Assembly (NCBI GenBank): GCA_012295275.1
Contig: CM022665.1
Coordinates: 39,556,001-39,620,000, forward strand
From: Chrysomallon squamiferum
Lineage: Eukaryota; Animalia; Mollusca
Direction of reading: 5' to 3'
Length of the DNA: 64,000 nt
Shown here: piece by piece, positions 13,301 through 23,426 of the stretch
How the letters are laid out: every line of letters begins with the position of its first letter
Numbering within the stretch: position 1 is the first letter of the stretch
Notes under the pieces: generated by a model
The model's input: the letters and a program-made list of their open reading frames with translations, nothing else
The model's database searches: none
What the model was told of the DNA's origin: nothing
Translations under genes and position numbers: made by a program

Positions 13301-15151
13301 TGTAAATGTATTTTGTTAAAATTAACTTTCAGTTTACTTCTAACCAAATCAAAGCTGGAAGAAGTGGTATGTGGACCAGAGGAGGCGCTAGTCACTTGTA
13401 AATTTATGATGGAACTCTGGAAGGGAATTCATGAAATGGACAGTGAAGAGTAAGTCGATTGTTTAAGTATTTTAGACCAACATTATTGTAATAAATTAAT
13501 ATAAAATATATTTTATATTTTCATAGTTAATGTGGTAATGTTCATAGTTGTTCATACTTTACACAGTAATAAAACGTTTTCAAACTACAACTCTGTGCAC
13601 ATGTTTGTTTAATGTAAATTAAATATAAGTGTGAGTGAATAGGAGAGAGTGAATTGATAACTGAATTGTGTCTGTGTCCTTGCATGAATTTGTACATGCA
13701 TTTATGTGTTTGGGAGATTAAAATGGATAGGGGAAAATAAAGTTATTATTAATTACTTCTTAGTTTGATGATGTTGATCTTTTTTAGCCAATCTTATGGA
13801 CAGCAGTTTTTTTTTGAGAAACCTGTTAAAATACTGAATACATAAAATATCAATATTTTTTCCCCAGTATATATAAACTTTTTCTCTCCCCTCTCTCTCT
13901 CTAACTCTGCCTATGTCCCTCTCTCCCTTCCTTTATTTTGAAATAAAAATGCTTCATTATTTTCTTTTGCATTTATTTATACATAACTAAACAATTATTT
14001 AAGAACATTTTCTAAGTTCCTTTATAACTGCTTATCTAGAACACATTATGGTAGCATTTCAAGCATTTTCACCACATCTTGAACAGGTTTGAAATTTAGA
14101 AATTGTTTTAAATTTTCCTGTGTTGTGTAATTTCAGAAACTCAGAGAAAAAAGAATGTGCCACTGACCGGTTGACGTTTGACCGACGAAGTTTAGCTCAG
14201 ATGACCATGAATGAATTTAGTGACAGGGGATCAGGTAATATTTTACATATTAAATGTCACAAAACTTTAATTCAGGACATGGACATGTAGAGATTAGCAC
14301 CTTTAAAACTGTATTTACTGCCATTATTACTATTACTATTTAGTTTATATTTTTTATATATTTTTTTATCATTACTTTTTTTAAATGTTTATAACATCCT
14401 TTTTTTGTTATTTAATTTTTTTTATTTTAACAGATTTTGTCCAAGATGGTTTATGTTTACATATGATTAATATTATGAAAATTGTAATGCAACATGTCTT
14501 CTGTTATTGAACCATTATGCTTTTGTATTACTGATGTACTAAAAAAAAAAAAAATAAATAAAAAATTAAAAATATATTTCTTTTTGATTATTATTATTAT
14601 TATTATTATTAAAACTTTTTTGTTTTCAAGTTAGATGAAAATCTTGTTATTTATAGTTGAAATCTTTTGTGGATATATGAAATTCTTAGGAATTTTAAAA
14701 ACTTTTAAAAATGATTTTTGTTTTTGTTTTTTTTTACTTTTAAGAAAATTGCAGGATAAAAATCCTTTAAAGCAATTTAGAAAATATTCCACTTTTAAAT
14801 TAATAACATTATTTTTGAGTCATGTTAAATTTTACATTTTAAAACTTGTTTCTAAGATATTTATCCTTTTTATTGAAAATCTGTTGCTTTTAATCAATTA
14901 TTTTTCTTTCTTGTGAAATTCATATTCTGTTTGATTATTTATTTTTTATTCAGTAACATTATTTCTAAATGTATATTTAGTTATAAGCTAAATTATTTAG
15001 TACATCTTTTCACATCTCTGTAAAAACATTAAATAAATGTTTTTAATATTATTATAAATGAAAAGACCATTAGCAAAGTTCAATAAAGTTCAGTAATTGA
15101 AAGAGAAAAAAATGAACATGCATTTAATGTAAATTAAATTTAAAAATTAAA

Positions 15152-15210
<59 letters not shown>

Positions 15211-18200
15211 ATTTATTAAATTGCCTTAAATTAGATTAATAATGTAATTTGTTTTTTTTTTTTCAGAAACTATAAAAAAAATTAGAAATATTTTTGGGAT
15301 CTATGTCTCCAAATTTTTATATTATATTCTTATCACTTAATTATCAATAATTCCTATCAATAAAATATTGTTATCTTGAAAACAATCTAGCTAGTAAAAT
15401 ATTGTTAATTACTTCTTATTGACAATATATCTAGTAAAAGATTGTCAAATATCTCTGTTGAATATCTTAGAGATGATATATCTAATAAAATAGTTGATTA
15501 TCTTTCATAAATATTATAAAATATTGTTAATTATCTCTTGTATATAGTGTGGCTAACACAATATTGTCTCTAGTAAACAATGTAGCTAGTAAAATATTGT
15601 TAATTATTATATGTAAACACTATATATGGTTAATTATCTTCAATACAGCTAATAAAGTACTGTTAATTATTTACTGCAAAATGTTAATTGTCTTTTGTAA
15701 ACAGTGTTGGTACTGTTAATACAGTATTGTTCATTATTGGTTATAATTAGTGTAGTTAGTTAATTATCTCATGTAAACAATATATCTTGTAAAAAATTCT
15801 TAATTCTATCTTGTAAACAATACATCTTGTAAAATATTCATAATTCTTTCTTGTAAACAATACATCTTGTAAAATATCCTTAATTATCTCTTGTAAACAA
15901 TATATCTTGTAAAATATTTTTAATTCTGTTTTCCTAAACAGTATATCTTGTACAATATTATTAATTCTCTCTTGTAAACAATACATCTTGTACAATATTC
16001 TTAATTATCTCCTGTAAACAGTTTAACAGGCAACATATTGTTAATCATCTTATAAACAGTATTGCTATAAAACTGTTGTTAATTATTTCTTGTAAACAAT
16101 GTACCTAGATGGAGGTCAAGTAGGTTGGTACTTGGGTACAGCAGAACAAGATATAGCTGGTATGTACTGCCTGTCTGTTGGCATGACACTAGAAAATTTC
16201 AAAATGTTTTTGCTTTTTAACTTTGCATAACTGTTTTAAATTCAACAGCATTATTATTATTATTTTTTCAATGAAAAGATTTTTTTTTTTTTCATTGACG
16301 TTTTTTTTTTTTTTCAGGTTTTGGATTTTTTTTATTATTATTATTTTTAGATATGATTTAGATAATGGTTGGTTGTGTTTTTTTTTTTTATTTTTTTTTG
16401 ATGAGAGAATTTCTGTAGAAATTTATTCTTATTTCTATTTTTTTATGTTTTACTGCATTTACATGGAACTGTTTTGTTATTTTATTTGCATATTTGATGT
16501 TAGACTTACCTGATCCATGCAGCCTTGATGGTATTTAATGGGTTTGAAATTTTTTTTTTTCTTTCTAAATTTATATTTTAATTAACAAAAATGGATTGAG
16601 CATGGATGTTTTTGTGTAACGAGAAGATTATTTTTTCACAAAAATGTCTGAATATATTTTTGTTATTACAGTTCAACAATTCATTTTTATAGTCTTTTCT
16701 GAAATCATATGCTTGTAATAAAATAAAATGATTTATATGTATAAATAATAAATATAAAATCTTTAAAACTGATAATGAAGATCCAAAAATGGGATTACGG
16801 GTACTAAAAATAAATTGCAGGAAAACTGAAAATAATTTTTATTTTGTGACACAATAAGAATTAACATGAATCAGTTGGTTTTCCAACATGCATGCAGTAT
16901 ATACATGTAATAAATAAATAAATAAATAATAACAGTGTCTTTATTTTATCATCTGACAGTGATCATTGAAAACAAAGTAATGAAAGTGCTAATTCTAATA
17001 ACTCACAGTGAAAATCAAATAATAACAATATTATTTTGTTTGTTTTATATGTACAGTTAAAACAAAATTAGTACATTTTGATTTAGAATGAAAACACGTG
17101 TGGGTGTGTACATGCACACATGCACATGCACACACACACAAACACACAGGAATACTAAATTTTTATAATTTCTAGTCTTACATTCATTTGCTAAACTAAC
17201 AGGCATGAAAAATCACTAATTTTGAATCAAAACAATTTTTTGAATAATTATATACTTATTCTAGATTTATGTCTTTGTTTTCAGATATTGCAGTTTTTTG
17301 TCACATGGACTTGAGAATTTGATCTTTATTATTATTGTTAATTAAATTTTATTGTTGTTGTTGTTGTTATTATTTTGTTATTATTGTTATTTATTTATTT
17401 AAATTTTATTATTTTTAATAAAATTTTATTACTTACTTTATTTAAATTTTATTATTAATAATTTAACTTTATTATTATTATTTACAAAAATACAGTGGTA
17501 CCTGGTACCTTGACTTATGAGTTTAATTAGTTCTGTGACTGCACTTGTATCTCAATTTGTTTGTATATCAAATCAATTTTTCCAGTTGAAATTAATTGAA
17601 ATACCAATAATCTGTTCCAGCCCCCGAAAAACCACTTTTTTATTTATTTATTTTTTTTTTTTGTAAGGTGTTTTTAAATAAGAAAAATGTATTTATAAAT
17701 AACAAATATTGTATAAAAAAACAAAATAAAAGAAAATGTAAAGAAATAAATTGGTTTTGTAAAGTGTATTTATCTTGGAGATCAGACAAATTATTTTAAC
17801 GCCTTTGGCTGGAGTTTCCTGCTTTTATTGACTCCTTCAACTTCAATATGGTACATACCATAGAAGTTCTACACTTGTGCTGTCTAGCTAAGTCGACTAA
17901 ACACACACCTTACTCATGTTTTTTATGAATTCAAGCTTTAATGCAATGCATATCATCCACTTCTTCTTCTCAGCACTGTCCTTTACACTTACTTTCTAAG
18001 GATCCATGGTAAGAAAAAAGAAATTTGGCAAAATACTGCACAAAACACAAACACAACAGAGATGCTTCCGTGGTGAAGTAAACAAGTGGGATGCAAGATG
18101 CTGGGCGGATGTTGTGTTGTTCATTGCGCCAACTAGTTCTAGTGTATCTGAAGCTCGCTCGTAACTCAGATTTTGGCTTGCAACTTAAAGCAAAAATTGA

Positions 18201-21200
18201 CTGGGCGACTGCTCGTAACTCGAAACACTTGTAAGTTGGGGCACTCATAAGTCCAGGTACTACTGTATTAAGTTATTATAATTTCAGATTTCAAAATTAA
18301 TGTTTTATTTCTTTTACTTGTTTTTGTATATTAAGTTGGTAATATTTAATTTGTTATTATTTATTTACTTATTATTTTAATTATTGTTCTTGCTTTAAAT
18401 TGTTTTCAGAAACTTTTCTTTTTAAATTTTCTTTGTTCTTGTTTTGTTTTAATTTCCAATTTATTTTTATTACTATATTCAACCTCAGGTAAAGTTTGTT
18501 ATATTTTTTGTTGGAATTTGTTTAATATATTTTTAAATGTAATTTATGAGTTATTCATTCCTGTACAATATAATTTTACAATAAAACTAAAGAGAAATTA
18601 TTAGAATTGTAAAAAGTTAGTATTTGTTATTTTGGATTAATAACAATATTTAATAATAAAAATATATCAGAGCTGAAAGTAAGTATGTATAAAAGTTATT
18701 AACTGTTTTGTGACAAGTTTACTTTACATTAATTAAAACATTAATTAATAATCTAATTCAGTTAGGAAGATGAATTCTTTAATCTTGCCTCAAATAAAAA
18801 AAAAAAAAAAACATTGCTTCATTCCATTCAATAATAATTTGAATACTTTTGGATATATATTTATAAATCTAAATTGTTTTATTATTTAATATTTCAATAT
18901 TTATCAAAAATAAATGTACACATACATTAAAGTTATATATTGTTTATCTAGTAATTAAACAGACATTCAAGCATATAACTAATGTTTAAAAAAAATTAAT
19001 TGATAAATGAAACTATAACAAAACATAGCAATTTTTATATTAAAATATATCTGTTTTTATACTTAACATCAAATCATTTATTTTTAAGTACAATGTTTTT
19101 ATATTTATAGATATATCTATTTTTATAACTAACATAAAATCATTCATTTATTATTAAATAGGATGTTTTTATGTTTGAATACATCTGTTTTATAATTAAC
19201 ATTAAATGATTCATTTATTTTTATACAGGCTGTTCTTATATTTAAATATTTCTATTTTTATAATTAACATTAAATGATTCATTTATTTTTATATAGGCTG
19301 TTTTTGTATTTAAATATGTCTTTTTATAATTAACATGAAATCATTAATTTATTTTTAAGAAGGCTGTTTTTGTATTTAAATATGTCTATTTTTATAATTA
19401 ACATAAAATCATTAATTTATTTTTAAGTAGGCTGATTTTAAATTTAATGGTATCTATTTTTATAATTAACATCCAATCATTAATTTATTTTTCAGTTGGC
19501 TATTTTTATATTTAAAAATGACTTTTTACACATAACATCCATCAAATCATTCATTTAATCTTATATAGGCTATTTTTACATTTACAGATATTTATTATCA
19601 TATGTAACATGAAAGTATTCATTTTCTTTTTGTCACAATCTTGCAGGCTCTATTCGAGCTGAGTCTATTGCTGCATCCCATGTAGAGCGTGCTTTGTCAG
19701 AAGTAGCTTCTTCTTTGAACAGCAGTTTCATTCGGAGACCAGGCTCACAACAAACCTGGATGATGCAGGCACAGATATGGAGCCATCTTGGTAAGTTCCA
19801 AATAGTTAAAAGCGTTTTCAGAAAGATCACTTTGGTGAAATACATTTTTAAAATAGGTTTTGGAAAGTATTTCATCAAAAATTTGTTTTGGTTAAACTTT
19901 AAAATAGATTAGGAAAGAATTTTGTCATATATACAAGTTAAACTTTAAAATAGATTCAGAAGGAATTTTGTCATATGCAAGTTAAAATTTAAAATAGATT
20001 CAGAAGGAATTTTGTCATATACAAGTTAAAATTTAAAATAGATTCAGAAGGAATTTTGTCATATACAAGTTAAACTTTAAAATAGATTCAGAAGGAATTT
20101 TGTCATATGCAAGTTAAAATTTAAAATAGATTCAGAAGGAATTTTGTCATATGCAAGTTAAAATTTAAAATAGATTCAGAAGGAATTTTGTCATATGCAA
20201 GTTAAAATTTAAAATAGATTCAGAAGGAATTTTGTCATATACAAGTTAAAATTTAAAATAGATTCAGAAGGAATTTTGTCATATACAAGTTAAAATTTAA
20301 AATAGATTCAGAAGGAATTTTGTCATATACAAGTTAAAATTTAAAATAGATTCAGAAGGAATTTTGTCATATACAAGTTAAACTTTAAAATAGATTCAGA
20401 AGGAATTTTGTCATATGCAAGTTAAACTTTAAAATAGATTCAGAAGGAATTTTGTCATAGGCAAGTTAAAATTTAAAATAGATTCAGAAGGAATTTTGTC
20501 ATATGCAAGTTAAAATTTAAAATAGATTCAGAAGGAATTTTGTCATAGGCAAGTTAAAATTTAAAATAGATTCAGAAGGAATTTGGCCATATATAAGAAA
20601 ACATTTACTATCTGATTTTGAAAGGATAATTTTATTAAATATAACAGTAAATTACATTTTAAAAGGATTATCTTGAAATTAGATATTAAATTTTTTTTTT
20701 CTTTTAAAGTATAGTCAAAAAATCTGGTTTAAATTGTAGTTAAAATAGGTTTTTGAAGGGATTTCATCATCTGTATGGTTTCTGTTAAAAACAGAACTTT
20801 AAAATGAGGTTTTTGAAAGGGTTATTACATACATTAGTAAGTTTCTGTTGTTAAAAGGTTTTTGAATAATTTCACAATTATTGAATAGATAATTAATTAT
20901 TTATATAATTATTGAGGTAGAGCAATTTAAATCACAAGCTAGCAATAAAATATCTTTTATCTTATGATATTTTTGCAGTTTTTTTGTCAAAAATAAATAA
21001 AATAAAATAAAAATGAAATAAAAACAAAAAGTAAATAAATAAATAAAATGTTTTTTGTTCTTTTCATTATTCATCTTTAAAATTAATTTCTTTTGTTGTT
21101 GTTATCATTATGGTTAATTTTTCTGTTATTTATTATAATTAAGAAAGGCTATGAGTTTGATTAAAATAGACTGACAATTACTATAACATAGTTGTTTTTT

Positions 21201-21470
21201 CTGAGATGAAAGAAATATATTTTTTTTTTGTTTATTTGTGATACCAATATTTATAATTTCAGCTGAGCTGTATCTGGTACTAAATAAAATAATTGAGGCT
21301 GAGGGTTGTATTCAGGAAATGTCAACTCTCCTTCCTCTTTCTCATCAGCTCTATTTCATGGTGAGCATTTTGCAAATGGCTGGATTAGAAAACCTATGTG
21401 CATGTGTCAGTGAATGAGTGAGTGTGAGTGTATTTGTGTGAAAAACAATTTTTAAAAATGAAAGGCAGTA

Positions 21471-21502
<32 letters not shown>

Positions 21503-23426
21503 CATTAATTTACAGTCAGTATCAAATAAATAAGTAAATAAATAAGCACAGAAGTAATTAAATAAATTATGCATTACAATGCTTGGCAAATGTAAGGTGT
21601 ATATTTTTCAGAGAGAAAAGGGAAAAAACTCATCATTTCAATATTTTACTTCTAATGAAATTAAAATGATGTGTTTTTTAAACTGTACAGACAGACAAAA
21701 TAACTATTAACATGTGTTTGGATGAATTCTGTAACAAGATGAACAGAGTAAAAATCACAGATGTATGTAATATCAGCAGTGAATTTTGAAACAACACAGA
21801 TGTAATTATTTCACCATTTCAGAAAGGAAGAGTTTATGAGCACAAGCAGAAGTACCAGGACGCTAAACGATGTTTTGAAAACGCTGTAGCCATTAATCCA
21901 GGCCACACACGGAGTCTGCAACATCTGGTATGAATTATTTTAACAGTCATTCTTCTTATTAAAATGTCTTTTCAACAAATATTTTTAATCTATTATTTTT
22001 TTATTTTTTGTGTTTTTGTTTTTTTGTTTTATAATGATGAAAGGAAGGAGGACTGTACTTCATAGCTGTGCTTATTATTAATTAGTTAGCAGATAAAAAA
22101 AAAATGTTGTGGCTCTTCTCATAAACAGGAAAATACATGTCACAGCCTTTGATAAACTGGTTGTGAGGTACTGACTGGTACAGGAAAATAGCGCAGAGGT
22201 CTTGCTGATCTGTTGACTTTCACAACATGGGCTAGCACTCTAATCACTGAACTTCATATTGAACTAGACTATTTGATAAAATAGTTTTCAGGATAAATTA
22301 TAATTTATTTTTCGTTTTGTTGAGTAAAAAGATACTCTAAATTTACATTATTATAAGTTTAAATCATAAATTAGATGTTAAAAAATTGTGGTTATTAATT
22401 TACCTGTCTTAGAAACAGTATATAAATTTATAGTGTTTATTACCAGGGATGTAATATTTCATTTGTAAAGGAGAGAGTTTAACATTATAGTAATTTACAT
22501 TACATTCAAGTAATGAGAGAGTGAAATATTAAGTAATTTATGAATGTGTGTAATATTACATTATTTTTACATTACATTCAAGTAATTTATGAATGTGTGT
22601 AACATTATTTACATTACATTCAAGTGAAACAAATATTAAGTTTTATGAATGTGTGTAATATTATACATTATTTACATTACATTCAAGTAATGTAAATATA
22701 TCATGAAACATGAATGACATCAGATGAATGACAACAAAATGGCAGAAAAGTTTCTGAGAGATGCAGTCAACAATGATCCAATGTCTCACAAGTCTTGGTT
22801 AGTTATCTGTCCTTCCATATTCATTAAAATTTCTTTGACTGAAACAAATACCTTTCTTTGTTCATGTTGTCATACAGCAGGATGACGTTAAAGTGATGAA
22901 TTTTTTATTTTTGTGGGTTTGGTTGTGAAAAATATGTTTACTTATGCATGAATGTATTTGGTGTGTTTATTGTTTTGACTCAGGGTGTATTTAGTTACGG
23001 TTGAGTGTTTGTTTTTTGTGTCTACGGCTGAATGCATATCTGGGTGTGTTTAGAAATGTTGTTAAACCTGCCAGTCCATAAATTAATGAGTTTCTATTAA
23101 AATATTGTTTTAAACTGTTTTCTTTATTGATAATTCATTGTAGAAATATATCTTGGTTCGTTTGTGTTATTCCTTTATTGTTTAATAATGCATTACTGTT
23201 GAGAAGTTGAGAAGTATTTTGTGCATGTTAAAGTATTTCAATATATAATGGGTTTTGTGTTACATTTATCACAATGCATGTGTTTATTTTCAGGTTTTCG
23301 CTGGGTCTAGTTCTTAATGCTCTAGGGAAGAATAAAGAAGCCAGTGACTGTCACAATATGGCTACTGAACTAGAATCATCCAGTCCTATTGTTGCTTTCA
23401 CAGTCATTCCTAAACTGATGCAGTAG
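189..23426 (+). CDS. TTC7B: Tetratricopeptide repeat protein 7 (TTC7A/B orthologue, PI4KA complex scaffold); 20 coding exons, about 814 aa (820 if microexon 22447-22464 is used)
   Basis: Hand-spliced GT-AG exons with matching phases give MALKAKVSRLESEIEKCRSDANW... to ...ELESSSPIVAFTVIPKLMQ*. This is colinear with remembered TTC7B motifs (SRLETEIERCRSE, FRELLRAVETR, LAEKILRDAV, LELEASSPAVPFTIIPR). Confidence 0.95.
710..858 (+). CDS. TTC7B: TTC7 exon 2 (GVLVHFIVAEAKFEEYL...HRETR)
   Basis: acag acceptor, gtattg donor, phase 1 to 0. Confidence 0.9.
1278..1437 (+). CDS. TTC7B: TTC7 exon 3 (VGLQALLLLAKIHY...ESYAIK)
   Basis: ttgcag acceptor, GT donor, phase 0 to 1. Confidence 0.9.
1997..2243 (+). 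CDS. TTC7B: TTC7 exon 4 (GLCLEH...CFEKAGDLA...MYIKR)
   Basis: acag acceptor, gtaagg donor, phase 1 to 2. Confidence 0.92.
2420..4740 (-). mobile_element. Possible decayed transposon-derived coding relic in TTC7 intron 4
   Basis: GC-richer, CpG-depleted, codon-like sequence with short broken minus-strand frames, including a Cys-rich patch near 3930-3850; family not recognised and boundaries approximate. Confidence 0.3.
5224..5302 (+). CDS. TTC7B: TTC7 exon 5 (ELEKGIRRFRELLRAVETRFTQGVRL)
   Basis: tttag acceptor, gtaaat donor; conserved FRELLRAVETR. Confidence 0.93.
5717..5838 (+). CDS. TTC7B: TTC7 exon 6 (TLARQLAEVLLRG...YSGD)
   Basis: tttag acceptor, gtaaga donor. Confidence 0.92.
6260..6323 (+). 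CDS. TTC7B: TTC7 exon 7 (LFCPGNRDEETLLLLLIAEAL)
   Basis: cccag acceptor, gtaagt donor. Confidence 0.92.
6700..7410. repeat. Degenerate minisatellite interleaved with (AAT)n, ending at the exon 8 acceptor
   Basis: Recurring atttctartgctgtattca..acaaaccatagtttattaattt units. Confidence 0.6.
7411..7548 (+). CDS. TTC7B: TTC7 exon 8 (ATRETVLNRS...VYDLLALAL...QLSD)
   Basis: tacag acceptor, gtaagt donor, 46 codons. Confidence 0.92.
8149..8232 (+). CDS. TTC7B: TTC7 exon 9 (SFERALRFSFQEFHIWNQFANSLICAGK)
   Basis: ttcag acceptor, gtgatt donor. Confidence 0.92.
8605..8709 (+). CDS. TTC7B: TTC7 exon 10 (YARAVLVLNEC...YLHQ)
   Basis: tacag acceptor, gtatat donor. Confidence 0.92.
8730..11050. repeat. 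AT-rich minisatellite of about 40-45 bp unit (aaaataataaacaagcattatgtaaaattttaaaattattytc), with a ~325 bp higher-order duplication at its start
   Basis: Dozens of degenerate copies; gtaacctgaaaataactgatagt recurs at 8732 and 9055. Confidence 0.85.
11341..11513 (+). CDS. TTC7B: TTC7 exon 11 (YTDGIEWS...LGIGYS...ALKAFQ)
   Basis: tacag acceptor, gttaga donor, phase 0 to 2. Confidence 0.9.
12011..12083 (+). CDS. TTC7B: TTC7 exon 12 (AYEADPYDYLACFHLALQLANMRQ)
   Basis: ttcag acceptor, gtatgg donor. Confidence 0.92.
12400..12953. repeat. Degenerate minisatellite of about 63 bp unit ending at the exon 13 acceptor
   Basis: About 8 copies of gtgttaaactgatctc...tttgaaacaaaaatactaatt. Confidence 0.75.
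12948..13108 (+). CDS. TTC7B: TTC7 exon 13 (ISDAIVYVK...SLHLLVLLLSAQKQ...YPQNL)
   Basis: aacag acceptor, gtaact donor. Confidence 0.92.
13333..13449 (+). CDS. TTC7B: TTC7 exon 14 (LLLTKSKLEE...GPEEALVTCK...)
   Basis: ttcag acceptor, gtaagt donor. Confidence 0.92.
14137..14234 (+). CDS. TTC7B: TTC7 exon 15 (NSEKKEC...DRRSLAQMTMNEFSDRGS)
   Basis: ttcag acceptor, gtaata donor, phase 2 to 1. Confidence 0.88.
15340..16100. repeat. 40-bp minisatellite (taaacaatayatcttgtaaaatattcttaattmtctcttg)
   Basis: taaacaa recurs at 15774, 15814, 15854 and 15894; flanking copies are degenerate. Confidence 0.8.
17493..18265. mobile_element. Non-autonomous Tc1/mariner-superfamily (pogo/Tigger-like) element or MITE in TTC7 intron 15
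   Basis: Left end TA|CAGTGGTACCT(GGTACCT)TGACTTATGAG; right end reverse complement TA|CAGTAGTACCTGGACTTATGAG; TA target-site duplication at 17491-92 and 18266-67; no intact transposase. Confidence 0.75.
19020..19650. repeat. Degenerate minisatellite of about 68 bp unit ending at the exon 16 acceptor
   Basis: About 9 copies of ataattaacat.aaat.attcatttattttta.taggctgtttt. Confidence 0.78.
19647..19790 (+). CDS. TTC7B: TTC7 exon 16 (SIRAESIAASHVERALSEVASSL...AQIWSHL)
   Basis: tgcag acceptor, gtaagt donor. Confidence 0.93.
19890..20595. repeat. Highly homogeneous 44-bp tandem array (tagattcagaaggaattttgtcatatrcaagttaaamtttaaaa), 15 near-perfect copies
   Basis: Unit starts at 19951, 19995, 20039 ... 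20567 with exact 44-bp period. Confidence 0.95.
21263..21360 (+). CDS. TTC7B: TTC7 exon 17 (ELYLVLNK...PLSHQLYFM)
   Basis: ttcag acceptor, gtgagc donor. Confidence 0.92.
21823..21927 (+). CDS. TTC7B: TTC7 exon 18 (KGRVYEH...AINPGHTRSLQHL)
   Basis: ttcag acceptor, gtatga donor. Confidence 0.92.
22040..22260 (-). mobile_element. Diverged SINE copy in TTC7 intron 18
   Basis: gaaaggaagg tail, ttagcag...acagg...cacagcctttgataaactggttgtg core. Confidence 0.45.
22724..22797 (+). CDS. TTC7B: TTC7 exon 19, 3' part (MNDNKMAEKFLRDAVNNDPMSHKS); 5' boundary uncertain because of the insertion
   Basis: AEKFLRDAV motif and gttagt donor. In-frame CAG at 22721-22723 lacks a pyrimidine tract; the ancestral acceptor appears to be at 22446. 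Confidence 0.75.
23294..23426 (+). CDS. TTC7B: TTC7 exon 20 (FSLGLVL...ELESSSPIVAFTVIPKLMQ*)
   Basis: ttcag acceptor, TAG stop at 23424-23426. Confidence 0.93.

Noticed and set aside
19890-20595. 44-bp array as a CRISPR array
   Set aside because: Units are contiguous with no unique spacers, there are no cas genes, and it lies in a eukaryotic intron.
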